64,000 bases of DNA, taken from Macrostomum lignano (lineage: Eukaryota). The DNA is taken from contig NIVC01001441.1 in assembly GCA_002269645.1 (NCBI GenBank), positions 124,001 to 188,000 of the forward strand. Direction: 5' to 3'. Within the stretch, counting starts at the first letter, position 1, and every line of letters begins with the position of its first letter. Shown in pieces: positions 1 through 13,629 of this stretch. Position numbers and translations under genes: made by a program. The notes beneath the pieces are model-generated. The model saw only the letters and a program-made list of their open reading frames with translations, did not search any database and had not been told where the DNA came from.

Positions 1-3000
1 CTACACCCAACTCACAACAAGCTACAACCAACTCACAACAAGCTACACCCAACTCACAACAAGCTACCCCAACTCACAACAAGCTACACTCAACTCACAA
101 CAACCAACAACCAACTCACAAGCTACACCCAACTCACAACAAGCTACCCCAACTCACAACAAGCTACAACCAACTCACAACAAGCTACCCCAACTCACAC
201 CAAGCTACCCCAACTCACACCAAGCTACCCCAACTCACACCAAGCTACCCCAACTCACAACAAGCTACACCCAACTGACAACAAGCTACACCCAACTCAC
301 AACAAGCTACAACCAACTCACAACAAGCTACACCCAACTCACAACAAGCTACCCCAACTCACACCAAGCTACCCCAACTCACACCAAGCTACCCCAACTC
401 ACACCAAGCTACCCCAACTCACACCAAGCTACCCCAACTCACAACAAGCTACACCCAACTCACAACAAGCTACACCCAACTCACAACAAGCTACACCCAA
501 CTCACAACAAGCTACACCCAACTCACAACAAGCTACAACCAACTCACAACAAGCTACACCCAACTCACAACAAGCTACCCCAACTCACACCAAGCTACCC
601 CAACTCACACCAAGCTACCCCAACTCACACCAAGCTACCCCAACTCACACCAAGCTACCCCAACTCACACCAAGCTACCCCAACTCACACCAAGCTACCC
701 CAACTCACACCAAGCTACCCCAACTCACACCAAGCTACCCCAACTCACAACAAGCTACACCCAACTCACAACAAGCTACACCCAACTCACAACAAGCTAC
801 ACCCAACTGACAACAAGCTACACCCAACTCACAACAAGCTACAACCAACTCACAACAAGCTACACCCAACTCACAACAAGCTACACCCAACTCACAACAA
901 GCTACACCCAACTCACAACAAGCTACACCTAACTCACAACAAGCTACAACCAACTCACAACAAGCTGCACCCAACTCACAACAAGCTACACTCAACTCAC
1001 AACAAGCTACCCCAACTCACACCAAGCTACCCCAACTCACACCAAGCTACCCCAACTCACACCAAGCTACCCCAACTCACAACAAGCTACCCCAACTCAC
1101 ACCAAGCTACCCCAACTCACAACAAGCTACACCCAACTCACAACAAGCTACACCCAACTGACAACAAGCTACCCCAACTCACAACAAGCTACAACCAACT
1201 CACAACAAGCTACAACCAACTCACAACAAGCTACCCCAACTCACACCAAGCTACCCCAACTCACACCAAGCTACCCCAACTCACACCAAGCTACCCCAAC
1301 TCACACCAAGCTACCCCAACTCACAACAAGCTACACCCAACTCACAACAAGCTACACCCAACTCACAACAAGCTACACCCAACTCACAACAAGCTACACC
1401 CAACTCACAACAAGCTACACCCAACTCACAACAAGCTACACCCAACTCACAACAAGCTACCCCAACTCACACCAAGCTACCCCAACTCACACCAAGCTAC
1501 CCCAACTCACACCAAGCTACCCCAACTCACACCAAGCTACCCCAACTCACACCAAGCTACCCCAACTCACACCAAGCTACCCCAACTCACACCAAGCTAC
1601 CCCAACTCACACCAAGCTACCCCAACTCACAACAAGCTACACCCAACTCACAACAAGCTACACCCAACTCACAACAAGCTACACCCAACTGACAACAAGC
1701 TACACCCAACTCACAACAAGCTACAACCAACTGACAACAAGCTACACCCAACTCACAACAAGCTACACCCAACTCACAACAAGCTACACCCAACTGACAA
1801 CAAGCTACACCCAACTCACAACAAGCTACAACCAACTGACAACAAGCTACACCCAACTCACAACAAGCTACACCCAACTCACAACAAGCTACACCCAACT
1901 CACAACAAGCTACACCTAACTCACAACAAGCTACAACCAACTCACAACAAGCTACACCCAACTCACACCAAGCTACACTCAACTCACAACAAGCTACCCC
2001 AACTCACACCAAGCTACCCCAACTCACACCAAGCTACCCCAACTCACACCAAGCTACCCCAACTCACACCAAGCTACCCCAACTCACAACAAGCTACACC
2101 CAACTCACAACAAGCTACACCCAACTGACAACAAGCTACCCCAACTCACAACAAGCTACAACCAACTCACAACAAGCTACAACCAACTCACAACAAGCTA
2201 CCCCAACTCACACCAAGCTACCCCAACTCACACCAAGCTACCCCAACTCACACCAAGCTACCCCAACTCACACCAAGCTACCCCAACTCACAACAAGCTA
2301 CACCCAACTCACAACAAGCTACACCCAACTCACAACAAGCTACACCCAACTCACAACAAGCGACACCCAACTCACAACAAGCTACAACCAACTCACAACA
2401 AGCTACACCCAACTCACAACAAGCTACCCCAACTCACACCAAGCTACCCCAACTCACACCAAGCTACCCCAACTCACACCAAGCTACCCCAACTCACACC
2501 AAGCTACCCCAACTCACACCAAGCTACCCCAACTCACACCAAGCTACCCCAACTCACACCAAGCTACCCCAACTCACAACAAGCTACACCCAACTCACAA
2601 CAAGCTACACCCAACTCACAACAAGCTACACCCAACTCACAACAAGCTACACCCAACTCACAACAAGCTACAACCAACTCACAACAAGCTACACCCAACT
2701 CACAACAAGCTACCCCAACTCACACCAAGCTACCCCAACTCACACCAAGCTACCCCAACTCACACCAAGCTACCCCAACTCACACCAAGCTACCCCAACT
2801 CACACCAAGCTACCCCAACTCACACCAAGCTACCCCAACTCACACCAAGCTACCCCAACTCACAACAAGCTACACCCAACTCACAACAAGCTACACCCAA
2901 CTCACAACAAGCTACACCCAACTCACAACAAGCTACACCCAACTCACAACAAGCTACACCCAACTGACAACAAGCTACACCCAACTCACAACAAGCTACA

Positions 3001-3348
3001 CCCAACTCACAACAAGCTACACCCAACTCACAACAAGCTACACCAACTCACAACAAGCTACACCCAACTCACAACAAGCTACACCAACTCACAACAAGCT
3101 ACACTCAACTCACAACAAGCTACACCAACTCACAACAAGCTACAACCAACTCACAAGCTACACCCAACTCACAACAAGCTACACCCAACTCACAACAAGC
3201 TACCCCAACTCACACCAAGCTACCCCAACTCACACCAAGCTACCCCAACTCACACCAAGCTACCCCAACTCACACCAAGCTACCCCAACTCACAACAAGC
3301 TACACCCAACTGACAACAAGCTACACCCAACTCACAAAGAGCTACACC
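1..3348. repeat. Minisatellite of mixed 21-bp (ctacacccaactcacaacaag) and 20-bp (ctaccccaactcacaccaag) units; runs off the window start
   Basis: Directly visible tandem units; C/A-rich plus strand. Confidence 0.97.
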
Positions 3349-3689
3349 TGGCTCAAACCGAGATATTCAAACAATCTCAGCAAGTCTTACTTATCAGGGA
3401 CAGTTCTATTTATAGCAACTTCATCCTCAGCTTCTCTGCTGCACTTATCAAAACTGAATAAATTCAGCGTCTGTTTATTCAGCTGCAGCTCGAGATGGTG
3501 GCAGGAGCGCAGCCATGATATCTGTCTAAGCCCAAGGAGCATGCAACGCCTGGCAGCTTGTCTGTCCTACAAGTCTTCGGGCTCCTAGATATCAACCGCT
3601 AATCCGGAAGACTTTGCGATCTAGACTGCGCTTCGTCTCTAGAGCAGGTGAGTACCTCAGTTTCGCAGCCAGGTAGCTCCTGTAGACCC

Positions 3690-3993
3690 ATTTATTAGAG
3701 GCGGGGGGCGCGTGCACCCTGGCGCACTGCACTTTAAGCGACATTGTCACACAACCGGCGAGAGACATTACTGCCGCCCATTCCGCCGACTCCCCAGAGC
3801 AGCGCGCGGATGCGTACGCAGTCTTCGCACTGGTAGGTAGCTGGGTATGTACACTTCACTGTGCCGTTAATTGCACGAGCAGAGCCAAGCCGAGATTCCA
3901 GTTTAGCTCCAAATTAATGTGACTGCACTTGGAATCGAGCCTGGGCCGCTAGCACACCAGAGCACCGTGCTGGACCACTGGGCTACGGACCCC
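3690..3993 (-). mobile_element. tRNA-derived SINE, copy 1
   Basis: Minus-strand head GGGGTCCG-TAGCCCAGTGG (A box) ... GGCTCGATTCC (B box); A-rich tail; flanked by ctcctgtagaccc (3677-3689) / ctcctgtacaccc (3994-4006), a 12/13 TSD; homologous to 16645-17007. Confidence 0.85.
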
Positions 3994-5046
3994 CTCCTGT
4001 ACACCCCAGCCTCGGGAACTTGTCTTACAATTTGGTTCAGCCGATCAGCCGGTTCCGCTGTTTCGCATGCCGTCGTCAGCTGGGCCGATTCGGCCGTCTT
4101 GACGGATTTCGCGGCCCATTTGCGACTCTTTGAGAGACCAGTCGCTTGCAGTCAATGCAGGCGGAGCATTAGCCGGAGGGGGGGGTAAAGCTGCGATCGC
4201 CAGACTTTTATCCCAGCTGGGCTGGGGAAAACACAACATTCGGAGAGGAGAGGAGAAGAGGAGGCCTTGCAAAGAGAAACGATGTGATTTGCCAGCTCGA
4301 GTCAGGGAGCGTGGCGAAGCAGTGGGGGTGGACAGCGGCTCTGTGGCGAGACAAGAGCGGCGATCGGGAGCGATTCAGTTTATGATGATATGCCGGCTTT
4401 GCCTGCTAATCCGCTGCGAGGAAGGGAGGGAGAGAGGGAGGGAGAAAGGGAGGTGTCGGTGAGGATCTCGAAAAAAGGCGGGTTGAGGGGACGAGTCGGG
4501 TCCCCGGCCCTGCTCTGAGCAGCATGTCTGTGTGGCATCGCCAGAGCTATAGCTGAGTTACCTATTTTTCTCTGGCCCGGATGCGGCCTCAGTCCTGGTT
4601 GGACCATCTCACTGCTGGATGCCGGTCAACTGCCTGAACACGACTGTCTACCCCCCCCCCAGCATGCGTGTGCATATGATAATTGCTGACCATGACTGTG
4701 AGCATTTGATTCATATGCTGTCAGGCCGCCTTGTTGTCAGGCCTGTGGGAGCTGAACAACTATGAATGAAGAGATACATAAACCGGGATTCTTAATTAAA
4801 GGATGCGCAGTTTAATTTTGATAAACAATTTTGCTTGCCAGAAGACTTTGAGAAGAAGCCACTGATGAAAGAGCTTTGAGCAACACAAAATTTATTTTAA
4901 AAAAAGTAGGCAATTTCAGTGACTTGAAACCTAAAAAAAGTAGAAATTCTATGTCTGTGAAAATCACTCAGTTCTTGGCATTCATTATAAGCAGACTCCA
5001 GGGAATCTCGGAAACATTTCTAGCTTGAACTTACATTGGATGCCTA

Positions 5047-5375
5047 CGGGACTGAATGTCACTGCAGCCTAGACTCCCAATGGATGCACACGGGACTGAA
5101 TGTCACTGCAGCCTGGACTCCCAATGGATACACACCGGACTGAGTGTCACTGCAGCCTGGACTCCCAATGGATGCACACCGGACTGAATGTCACTGCAGC
5201 CTGGACTCCCAATGGATGCACACGGGACTGAATGTCACTGCAGCCTGGACTCCCAATGGATGCACACGGGACTGAATGTCACTGCAGCCTGGACTCCCAA
5301 TGGATGCACACGGGACTGAATGTCACTGCAGCCTGGACTCCCAATGGATGCACGCGGGACTGAATGTCACTGCAA
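5047..5375. repeat. 44-bp minisatellite (cgggactgaatgtcactgcagcctggactcccaatggatgcaca), about 7 copies
   Basis: Period 44 (5047, 5091, ...). Confidence 0.95.
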
Positions 5376-5824
5376 CTTTGCTGATCTTTCCATTTTTGTC
5401 TGCTGAATGCAGCAATTCTGTTCAAAGCTTTAAAATGTCGAAGAAATACAAAAAATTGTATCGGCCTTGCGAGCCCAAAGAAACTGCGCAAGGATGCGGT
5501 ATTCGAGTTTCACCTGACCACTGAATCTGCAACATGAAAGCAATTAGACCTCAGCTCAGCCTGACCCCAGCCTATTATTATTATTCTTCATTTTCCTGGC
5601 CGCTTTCATCTTTCTAGGTTGCCATGTCAACACAGGTCCAGAACCCAGCAGAAGGCACTTGGCCCCCGAAAGCATGACGGCCTAGACACGGTGGTTTTGC
5701 ATTTTTTGAAACTGCAAATTCTTTTTCTCGCTCATGCCCGGCCGCATATTTTCAGCCTCCCTAGGAAATCTCTGCAGATGATGGCGAATGGGGAAAAGGA
5801 GAATTTCCCGAACGTTTCCGATGC

Positions 5825-5926
<102 letters not shown>

Positions 5927-6580
5927 GGTCTTAAGAAAGTACGAAGTCAGGAAGAGACTATCGCGGAGGAAATTCTTCGTGAGAAGGAGATCGGTGACCC
6001 GGTCTAGCGGACAGCAGATTAGGATCTGAAGAGGCTGCAGCGCATAGTTTAGAATAGAAAAACTGATGAGGAAGCGGTCCAGCCTCTCCTTGAGAAGGCG
6101 ATGTCGCTTTGCGATACGGGCTGGCTGGTTATAACGGTGATCGAAACGTTGAAGAATTACGAGTATCACACTGAGCATCCAATGAGGAGCTTTGGCTCAG
6201 CCTTCTGAAGCTGCTGCAAGTCACGACAAGACAAACAAATAGGATAGCGGTGTAACAAAATTTTCTGCGAGGACTTCCTCACCCGCGGCAGCAGTTGACC
6301 CACGGATTGCGGCCGCGCCAGAAGCTGGAAGATACTGCTATGGCTGCGCAGTAAAGTTCAAGCGCGTCCAGTAATCGCAGCAAACTGAATTACTTGTACA
6401 CTTAAATATAATTTAGTGCAGAGGCACTTTGTCTAGTACTAGCACAGCTGTGGACGGCGGTTGGAGTGTCTTGTAAAGATTCAAGGCACTGGGCACTTGA
6501 GTAGCGGTTGGTTAAGAAATTTACTACACGTAATTTCAAGTAACATTTTCTTTTGCCGCTCCATTTGTCTATGGCCAAGA

Positions 6581-8858
6581 CTGTCCTGAGACTCTCCGAT
6601 GCAGTCCTGAGAGACCGATGCAGTCCTGAGACTCCGATGCATTTCTAAGACAGTCCTGAGACTCTCCGATGCAGTCCTGAGATTCCGATGCAGTCCTGAG
6701 ACTCCGATGCATTTCTGAGACTCCGATGCATTTCTGAGACTCCAATGCAGTCCTTAGACTCTCCGATGCAGTCCTGAGACTCTCCGATGCAGTCCTGAGA
6801 CTCTCCGATGCAGTCCTGAGACTCCGATGCATTTCTGAGACTCCGATGCATTTCTGAGACTCCAATGCAGTCCTTAGACTCTCCGATGCAGTCCTGAGAC
6901 TCTCCGATGCAGTCCTGAGACTCTCCGATGCAGTCCTGAGACTCTCCGATACAGTCCTGAGACAGTCCTGAGACTCCGATGCATTTCTGAGACTCCGATG
7001 CAGTCCTGAGACTCCGATGCAGTCCTGAGACTCTCCGATGCAGTCCTGAGACTCCGATGCAGTCCTGAGACTCCGATGCAGTCCTGAGACTCCGATGCAG
7101 TCCTGAGACTCCGATGCAGTCCTGAGACTCCGATGTAGTCCTGAGACTCTCCGATGCAGTCCTGAGACTCCGATGCAGTCCTGAGACTCCGATGCAGTCC
7201 TGAGACTCCGATGCAGTCCTGAGACTCTCCGATGCAGTCCTGAGACTCCGATGCAGTCCTGAGACTCCGATGCAGTCCTGAGACTCCGATGCAGTCCTGA
7301 GACTCCGATGCAGTCCTGAGACTCCGATGCAGTCCTGAGACTCCGATGCAGTCCTGAGACTCCGATGCAGTCCTGAGACTCCGATGCAGTCCTGAGACTC
7401 CGATGCAGTCCTGAGACTCCGATGCAGTCCTGAGACTCCGATGCAGTCCTGAGACAGTCCTGAGACTCTCCGATGTAGTCCTGAGACAGTCCTGAGACTC
7501 CGATGTAGTCCTGAGACAGTCCTTGAGATCCTGAGATTCCCATAAAGTCCTGAGACTCTCCGATGCATCCTGAGACTCCGATGCAGTCCTGAAACTCTCC
7601 GATGCAGTCCTGAGACTCCGATGCAGTCCTGAGACTCCGATGCAGTCCTGAGACAGTCCTGAGACTCCGATGTAGTCCTGAGACAGTCCTTGAGATCCTG
7701 AGATTCCCATAAAGTCCTGAGACTCTCCGATGCATCCTGAGACTCCGATGCAGTCCTGAAACTCTCCGATGCAGTCCTGAGACTCCGATGCAGTCCTGAG
7801 ACAACCCTGAGACTCCGATGCAGTCCTGAGACTCTCCGATGTAGTCCTGAGACTCGATGCAGTCCTGAGACAGTCCTTGAGATTCTGAGATTACCATAAA
7901 GTCTTGAGACTCTCCGATGCATCCTGAGACTCCGATGCAGTCCTGAAACTCTCCGATGCAGTCCTGAGACTCCGATGCAGTCCTGAGACAACCCTGAGAC
8001 TCCGATGCAGTCCTGAGACTCTCCGATGTAGTCCTGAGACTCGATGCAGTCCTGAGACAGTCCTTGAGATTCTGAGATTACCATAAAGTCTTGAGACTCT
8101 CCGATGCATCCTGAGACTCCGATGCAGTCCTGAGACTCTCCGATGCAGTCCTGAGACTCGATACAGTCCTGAGACAGTCCTTGAGATCCTGAGATTCCCA
8201 TACAGTCCTGAGACAGTCCTTGAGATCCTGAGATTCCCATACAGTCCTGAGACTCTCCGATGCATTTCTAAGACAGTCCTGAGACTCCGATGCAGTCCTG
8301 AGACTCCGATGCAGTCCTGAGACTCGATGCAGTCCTGAGACTCCCCGATGCAGTCCTGAGACTCCGATGCAGTCCTGAGACTCCCCGATGCAGTCCTGAG
8401 ACTCCGATGTAGTCCTGAGACAATCCTGAGACTCCGATGTAGTCCTGAGACTCTCCGATGCAGTCCTGAGACTCCGATGCAGTCCTGAGACTCCGATGCA
8501 GTCCTGAGACTCGATGCAGTCCTGAGACTCCGATGCAGTCCTGAGACTCCGATGCAGTCCTGAGACTCCTCCGATGCAGTCCTGAGACTCTCCGATGCAG
8601 TCCTGAGACTCCGATGCAGTCCTGAGACTCCGATGCAGTCCTGAGACTCCGATGCAGTCCTGAGACAGTCCTGAGACTCTCCGATGTAGTCCTGAGACTC
8701 CGATGCAGTCCTGAGACTCCGATGCAGTCCTGAGACAGTCCTGAGACTCTCCGATGCAGTCCTGAGACTCTCCGATGTAGTCCTGAGACTCCGATGCAGT
8801 CCTGAGACTCCGATGTAGTCCTGAGACTCCGATGCAGTCCTGAGACTCCGATGCAGTC
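6581..8858. repeat. Satellite array A, 19/21-bp units (gatgcagtcctgagactcc / ...ctctcc), with higher-order variant blocks
   Basis: Direct tandem units; variant block ccttgagatcctgagattcccataaag recurs at 7500-8240. Confidence 0.97.
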
Positions 8859-9244
8859 TCTGCAGTCTCGTACTAACAAGAGTCACTATTTAAAACACTG
8901 CACAGTTGAGTGCTTACCATTTTAATAGCCCTGTCGTTTTAGAACTTTCGAGGCCACAACTCCCCTAGTTTTATTGGGCCCTTTTCTGCCTTCAAGTGGA
9001 CTTTTATCCTGAACAGACTCACCCCAGCCATGAAAAAATATTTAATTTGGAGACTAGAAAAGCAAGCATGAAATCTACGCCCTTGTCGTGCTGTGTTGTC
9101 CCAGACGTTTTTAATTTAATTTTCCAAAGAATTGGCTCAGCTGAAGGGCTGTTCTGTTCTCTTCAGCTCACGGCGTGTTTCCTGTACGATAATTGAATCA
9201 AAGCAACTCGCATTTTCTACTGTAAAATATTTGACATCAATCGA

Positions 9245-9360
9245 ATGGGACCGCCAAAGTCCCGGGTTCGAATCCGTGTGCTCGCAGCACCTGGGGGCTT
9301 GTGCAGTATTCGGGCCAAGTCCCACCCTAAAGGATTGACTGAATGACTGAAATAAAATTA
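9245..9360 (+). mobile_element. Possible 5'-truncated tRNA-derived SINE
   Basis: Perfect B box GGTTCGAATCC at 9265-9275 and a short (gactgaat)/A-rich tail; no A box seen. Confidence 0.3.
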
Positions 9361-9703
9361 ATTCCAACATTCGATGTCGAATAGAGTTAAAAAATTTATC
9401 AGTGTAAAGGAAATACGCTGGAGAGATAGAAGAAGGGAATTAATTAATATTAACATGCTTCCCTGAGCAGCTTCAATACTTTCCGCGCTTTTTTAATTTG
9501 AGCGATTCAAGTCAATCAATTTGCGACTTTGAATTCAAATTCCAAATTCAATATCCCTCTTGAGTGACTCGCAGCTGAGGCTCAGAAGCTGCAAACAATG
9601 AGAGCCCGGCTTTTGCTCACAAATGATTCTGAGAGCTTTCCTGAGCAGATACTGCTTTATTGCTTCACTGGACAGCCTCAAAATCTAATTTTATCCGCCA
9701 GAA

Positions 9704-10633
9704 ATGCTACAGATGGCACGCTGCAGATTTAAAACGTTCCAACATCGGATTACAGCCTACCCATTGATTACAAATGGCACTTTATTCAGATTGATTACAG
9801 ATGGCACTATATTCAGATTGATTACAAATGGCACTATATTCAGATTGATTACAAATGGCACCATATTCAGATTGATTACAAATGGCACTATATTCAGATT
9901 GATTACAAATGGCACTATATTCAGATTGATTACAAATGGCACTATATTCAGATTGATTACAAATGGCACTATATTCAGATTGATTACAAATGGCACTATA
10001 TTCAGATTGATTACAAATGGCACTATATTCAGATTGATTACAGATGGCACCATATTCAGATTGATTACAAATGGCACTATATTCAGATTGATTACAGATG
10101 GCACCATATTCAGATTGATTACAAATGGCACTATATTCAGATTGATTACAAATGACAACCGTCAGTGCTCAAATGGCACCCGTCAGTGTACAAATGGCAC
10201 CCGTCAGTGCTCAAATGGCACCCGTCAGTGTACAAATGGCACCCGTCAGTGCTCAAATGGCACCCGTCAGTGTACAAATGGCACCCGTCAGTGCTCAAAG
10301 GGCACCCGTCAGGGTACAAATGGCACCCGTCAGTGCTCAAATGGCACCCGTCAGTGTACAAATGGCACCCGTCAGTGCTCAAATGACACCCGTCAGTGTA
10401 CAAATAGCACCCGTCAGTGTACAAATGGCACCCGTCAGTGTACAAATGGCACCCGCCAGTGTACAAATGGCACCCGCCAGTGTACAAATGGCACCCGTCA
10501 GTGTACAAATGGCACCCGTCAGTGTACAAATGGCACCATTCAAGTACAATATTCGCACAGCACCCCTCAGGCTGAATCTGACAGCTGTCATTCATACAAA
10601 CCATTATCAATCATAATTTTATTTTTAACTTGA
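9704..10633 (+). CDS. Candidate repetitive, heavily N-glycosylated GPI-anchored protein (possibly a terminal exon)
   Basis: 309-codon frame through two arrays (TNGTIFRLI, then TNGTRQC); acceptor-like ctaattttatccgccag ending 9701; hydrophobic C-terminus LSIIILFLT*; AATAAA at 10739-10744. Caveat: units of 27 and 21 bp give open frames by default. Confidence 0.35.
   Translation: MLQMARCRFKTFQHRITAYPLITNGTLFRLITDGTIFRLITNGTIFRLITNGTIFRLITNGTIFRLITNGTIFRLITNGTIFRLITNGTIFRLITNGTIFRLITNGTIFRLITDGTIFRLITNGTIFRLITDGTIFRLITNGTIFRLITNDNRQCSNGTRQCTNGTRQCSNGTRQCTNGTRQCSNGTRQCTNGTRQCSKGTRQGTNGTRQCSNGTRQCTNGTRQCSNDTRQCTNSTRQCTNGTRQCTNGTRQCTNGTRQCTNGTRQCTNGTRQCTNGTIQVQYSHSTPQAESDSCHSYKPLSIIILFLT
9763..10152. 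repeat. 27-bp minisatellite (gattgattacaaatggcactatattca)
   Basis: About 14-15 tandem copies. Confidence 0.95.
10157..10537. repeat. 21-bp minisatellite (cgtcagtgtacaaatggcacc)
   Basis: About 18 copies; shares the core caaatggcac with the adjacent 27-bp array. Confidence 0.95.
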
Positions 10634-10758
10634 CCCAGCAGTACAGGTTGCGTTATTTCCGTCTAGATCAAAAAAGGCGCAGCGGCCAATCTACTTACCC
10701 CAGACTCCAGGCGCTCCATCAACTCCAATTATCAATAGAATAAAAGTTTGTGTAACCT

Positions 10759-11034
10759 GTGGCGCTTAGCAACCGGCCGGCTCACTCAGCTGATGTGCGC
10801 ACGCGCGAATTCGAACATCGCTGCTGCCGCATTCGGTTGATCAGGGAGACTGAGAGAGAGACAGACCGACTGCTGGGCCGCGGCATCTCTCAGCCTTTCG
10901 AGGTTAAGCATTTTAACCCCCCCCCCTATATCTCTCTCCTTTTCCCTGCCTTTAAAACTCCCCTCTCGCTGACCACTGACGCATCGGAACTGACAGGCCT
11001 GAATGGGGCGGCTAGCGAGGTGAGAGGAGATTCG

Positions 11035-11126
<92 letters not shown>

Positions 11127-11400
11127 ATGAAGCAGCAAGTCCGTTTGCCCTTGTTTCCAATCACTCCCGCTCTCCCTCTCTCTCCTGATTTCCCCAGAAA
11201 TGCGCGCCCCACCCCGATGCACCCAGAAGCGCCACCAAAGCGGAAAGTCCGTCTTTCAGTCATGCGGCGCCGCCGCCGCCGCCGCCGCCACCACCCATGA
11301 GGAGCTTCAGTCAGCGAGCCCGGAGCCCCAGCTGCAATTATACTAACTTACACAAACAGACGGCCCATCTCTCTCTCTCTCTCTCTCTCTACCTTTTTCT
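10759..11400 (+). CDS. Possible spliced proline-rich coding fragments
   Basis: Donor gcgag|gtgaga near 11019, (GT)n inside the putative intron, acceptor tttccccag near 11197; phase-0 join reads GAASE|KCAPHPDAPRS...APPPPPPPPPMRSFS; no homology recognised and end coordinate approximate. Confidence 0.25.
11039..11124. repeat. (GT)n microsatellite
   Basis: Pure dinucleotide run. Confidence 0.97.
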
Positions 11401-11717
11401 AAGGTTGACGCGCATTTTGGTAGCCTAAACTTGAAGGCAGTTTTAGCTAAACACCTCACCTCAAAACCCTGCTTCGGATTTGACCGTCTGGCAACAGACT
11501 GGTGGGCAGGGGCCAGTCTGCGGTGCTGATATTAATACTTGGCACAGTTCCGCGAACTTCAAGACTGACGGTTGCACTTTTTTCACCGTCAACAGCCTAA
11601 AGACCGGCGTTGACAGGGGTGGGCAGCAACTGAAACAAATGGCTAAGTGATTTATGAGGTCGCCGCGCCTAGAGGTCGATTGGCTGACTGTCTTTTAGTA
11701 AGGGTGAATCAGGAAAA

Positions 11718-12082
11718 GTGACAGAGATTGGGAGTGAATCGGGGAGGGTGACAGAGATTGGGAGTGAATCGGGGAGAGTGACAGAGATTGGGAGTGAATC
11801 AGAGAGAGTGACAGAGATTGGAGTGAATCGGGGAGAGTGACAGAAATTGGGAGTGAATCAAGGAGAGTGACAGAGATTGGGAGTGAATCGGGGAGAGTGA
11901 CAGAGATTGGGAGTGAATCGGGGAGAGTGACAGAGATTGGGAGTGAATCGGGGAGAGTTACAGAGATTGGGAGTGAATCGCGGAGAGTGACAGAGATTGG
12001 GAGTGAATCAGGGAGAGTGACAGAGATTGAGAGTGAATCGGGGAGAGTGACAGAAATTGGGAGTGAATCAAGGAGAGTGACA
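11718..12082. repeat. 30-bp minisatellite (gtgacagagattgggagtgaatcggggaga), about 12 copies
   Basis: Direct tandem units. Confidence 0.95.
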
Positions 12083-13629
12083 ATTAATTAGAATGAATAC
12101 CAAGGAGCGGCAAAGGCGTTTTGTATTTGAAAGCAAAAAAGTTAAGGAGGAGTGAAGTCACAGCGAAATCCATTTCAGCAAGCAGTTGCACCCATAATTT
12201 TCACTTTCTGTCCCCTCCTGCCGGGTGCAATCCATTATTTTCACGTTTGAAAATAGGAACGGCACGGGGCTTGGCAGTTCGAAGCAAGGAAGACGGAAAC
12301 ACAGCGCCGCGTGTCTAAACTGGGGGGGGGGAGCGGAGTGTTTCACTTAATGGGAATTCCGCTGCCATACAATTGAGGTCATTAACCATGACGGAAGCTC
12401 TAGCTTGAAAAATGCACTTGCATATTGGTACACGCTAACTAAATAGCCATTATACTCCACCCAACTCCCACCCACACCCAGCCTGAACCCATCCCAATAT
12501 CCACCCACTCAAACCCACACCCAAACCCAAACCCCCCACACCCAAACCCCAGCCCAATACCTAACCCAACTACTCCAAAGCAGCTGGCAGACGAGAGTGC
12601 AAAAGGCAGAATGATGCAGTGTTGTCAGGCTCAGCATGATTGCAGGAACATGGGAACCGGGATTGCGGTGGAAAACGTGATAGTTAACAGCCACCAGGAT
12701 TTGGCAAGCTGCCCCAGCCTTCCCGAATCAGCCGGCCGGCTCTGCCTCATCACCGATTCCCGGCCATCTTCGGCCTTCAAGCCTGACCTCCCGCGGCTCC
12801 GCCTCCAGCCCCCATTTCAAAGATCGAGGCATCGGTTTCCCCGAGAAAGCATATATTTTTACGGATTGGGGGATGCGGGTTATCCTGAGTTTTTTGAAGG
12901 ATCCGAAATCAGCCTGGCCAGCCTGAAGAATGCAATTTTCCCAAAGCCAAAGATGCAGAACGGAGTGCAGCTGGGAGGGAAGAATTCGCCCCAGATGGGG
13001 AGGGGGATTGGAAAATTTCTACTGCAGAGGGCGGCAGTGAAAGGCCATCATCATGAGCCGTCAGGGCATTGCGGGAGCGATGGACTGGACTTGAATTTTT
13101 GCAGCATTCACCCGATTACTTCGTCGGTAAGGTTGGATCGCACAGTTTAAGATTAAAAGTACATTTTGTTTTGCTCAGATTTGGTCTTTTCAATTACTAA
13201 ATTTTAACGTAGATAAATTCAGCGGAATGAATTGCTGCAGGTGCAAAATCTATGAAGCTAAAAAAGGCCTGAGCAACGGAACCCTGTCCGGTTGGAAGTC
13301 GGACAGCTTCGAACCCAAAATGTCAAGTGCGGCCATCGCGCACCAACTATTACTATGGTGCTATATAATGAATACTAAATACTTAGCTGTAGTAAACAAC
13401 AAATGCAGCACATCTTTTGGCAGCTTGCCAAACTCCCGTACAGCTAAAAGGTAACACAGCACAACCGGTGCGTGGGACAACTTTCCTGCGATCCAATAAA
13501 TTCGGTCACGGAGGGCCCCAGCGAACTGCTGCCCGGGTTCAACCCAGGCTGCCGCCGTGACTCTATGGACACACGTTGGACCATTAGGAAAATTGGGGTA
13601 AATTCGGCATCTGCATGTCCTGCAATTGC

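Noticed and set aside
735-1982. VACCELG repeat ORFs
   Set aside because: Translations of runs of 21-bp satellite units, broken wherever 20-mers occur
6569-8886. Long SQDCIG/SGLHR ORFs (203-531 aa)
   Set aside because: The minus strand of the unit has no stop in any frame, so all frames are open by default
8930-9230. Minus-strand donor-like sites (gtaagc, gtgagt) suggesting small exons
   Set aside because: Could not build a consistent open spliced frame
11837-12091. VTEIGSESGR repeat ORF
   Set aside because: 30-bp unit effect; an upstream 1-nt indel breaks the frame
12460-13150. C/A-rich telomere-like patch and a 179-aa ORF
   Set aside because: No canonical telomere run, no recognisable domain and no coherent splice signals
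13243-13450. Possible phase-2 exon (ctgcag| ... ag|gtaaca)
   Set aside because: No partner exons or homology identified
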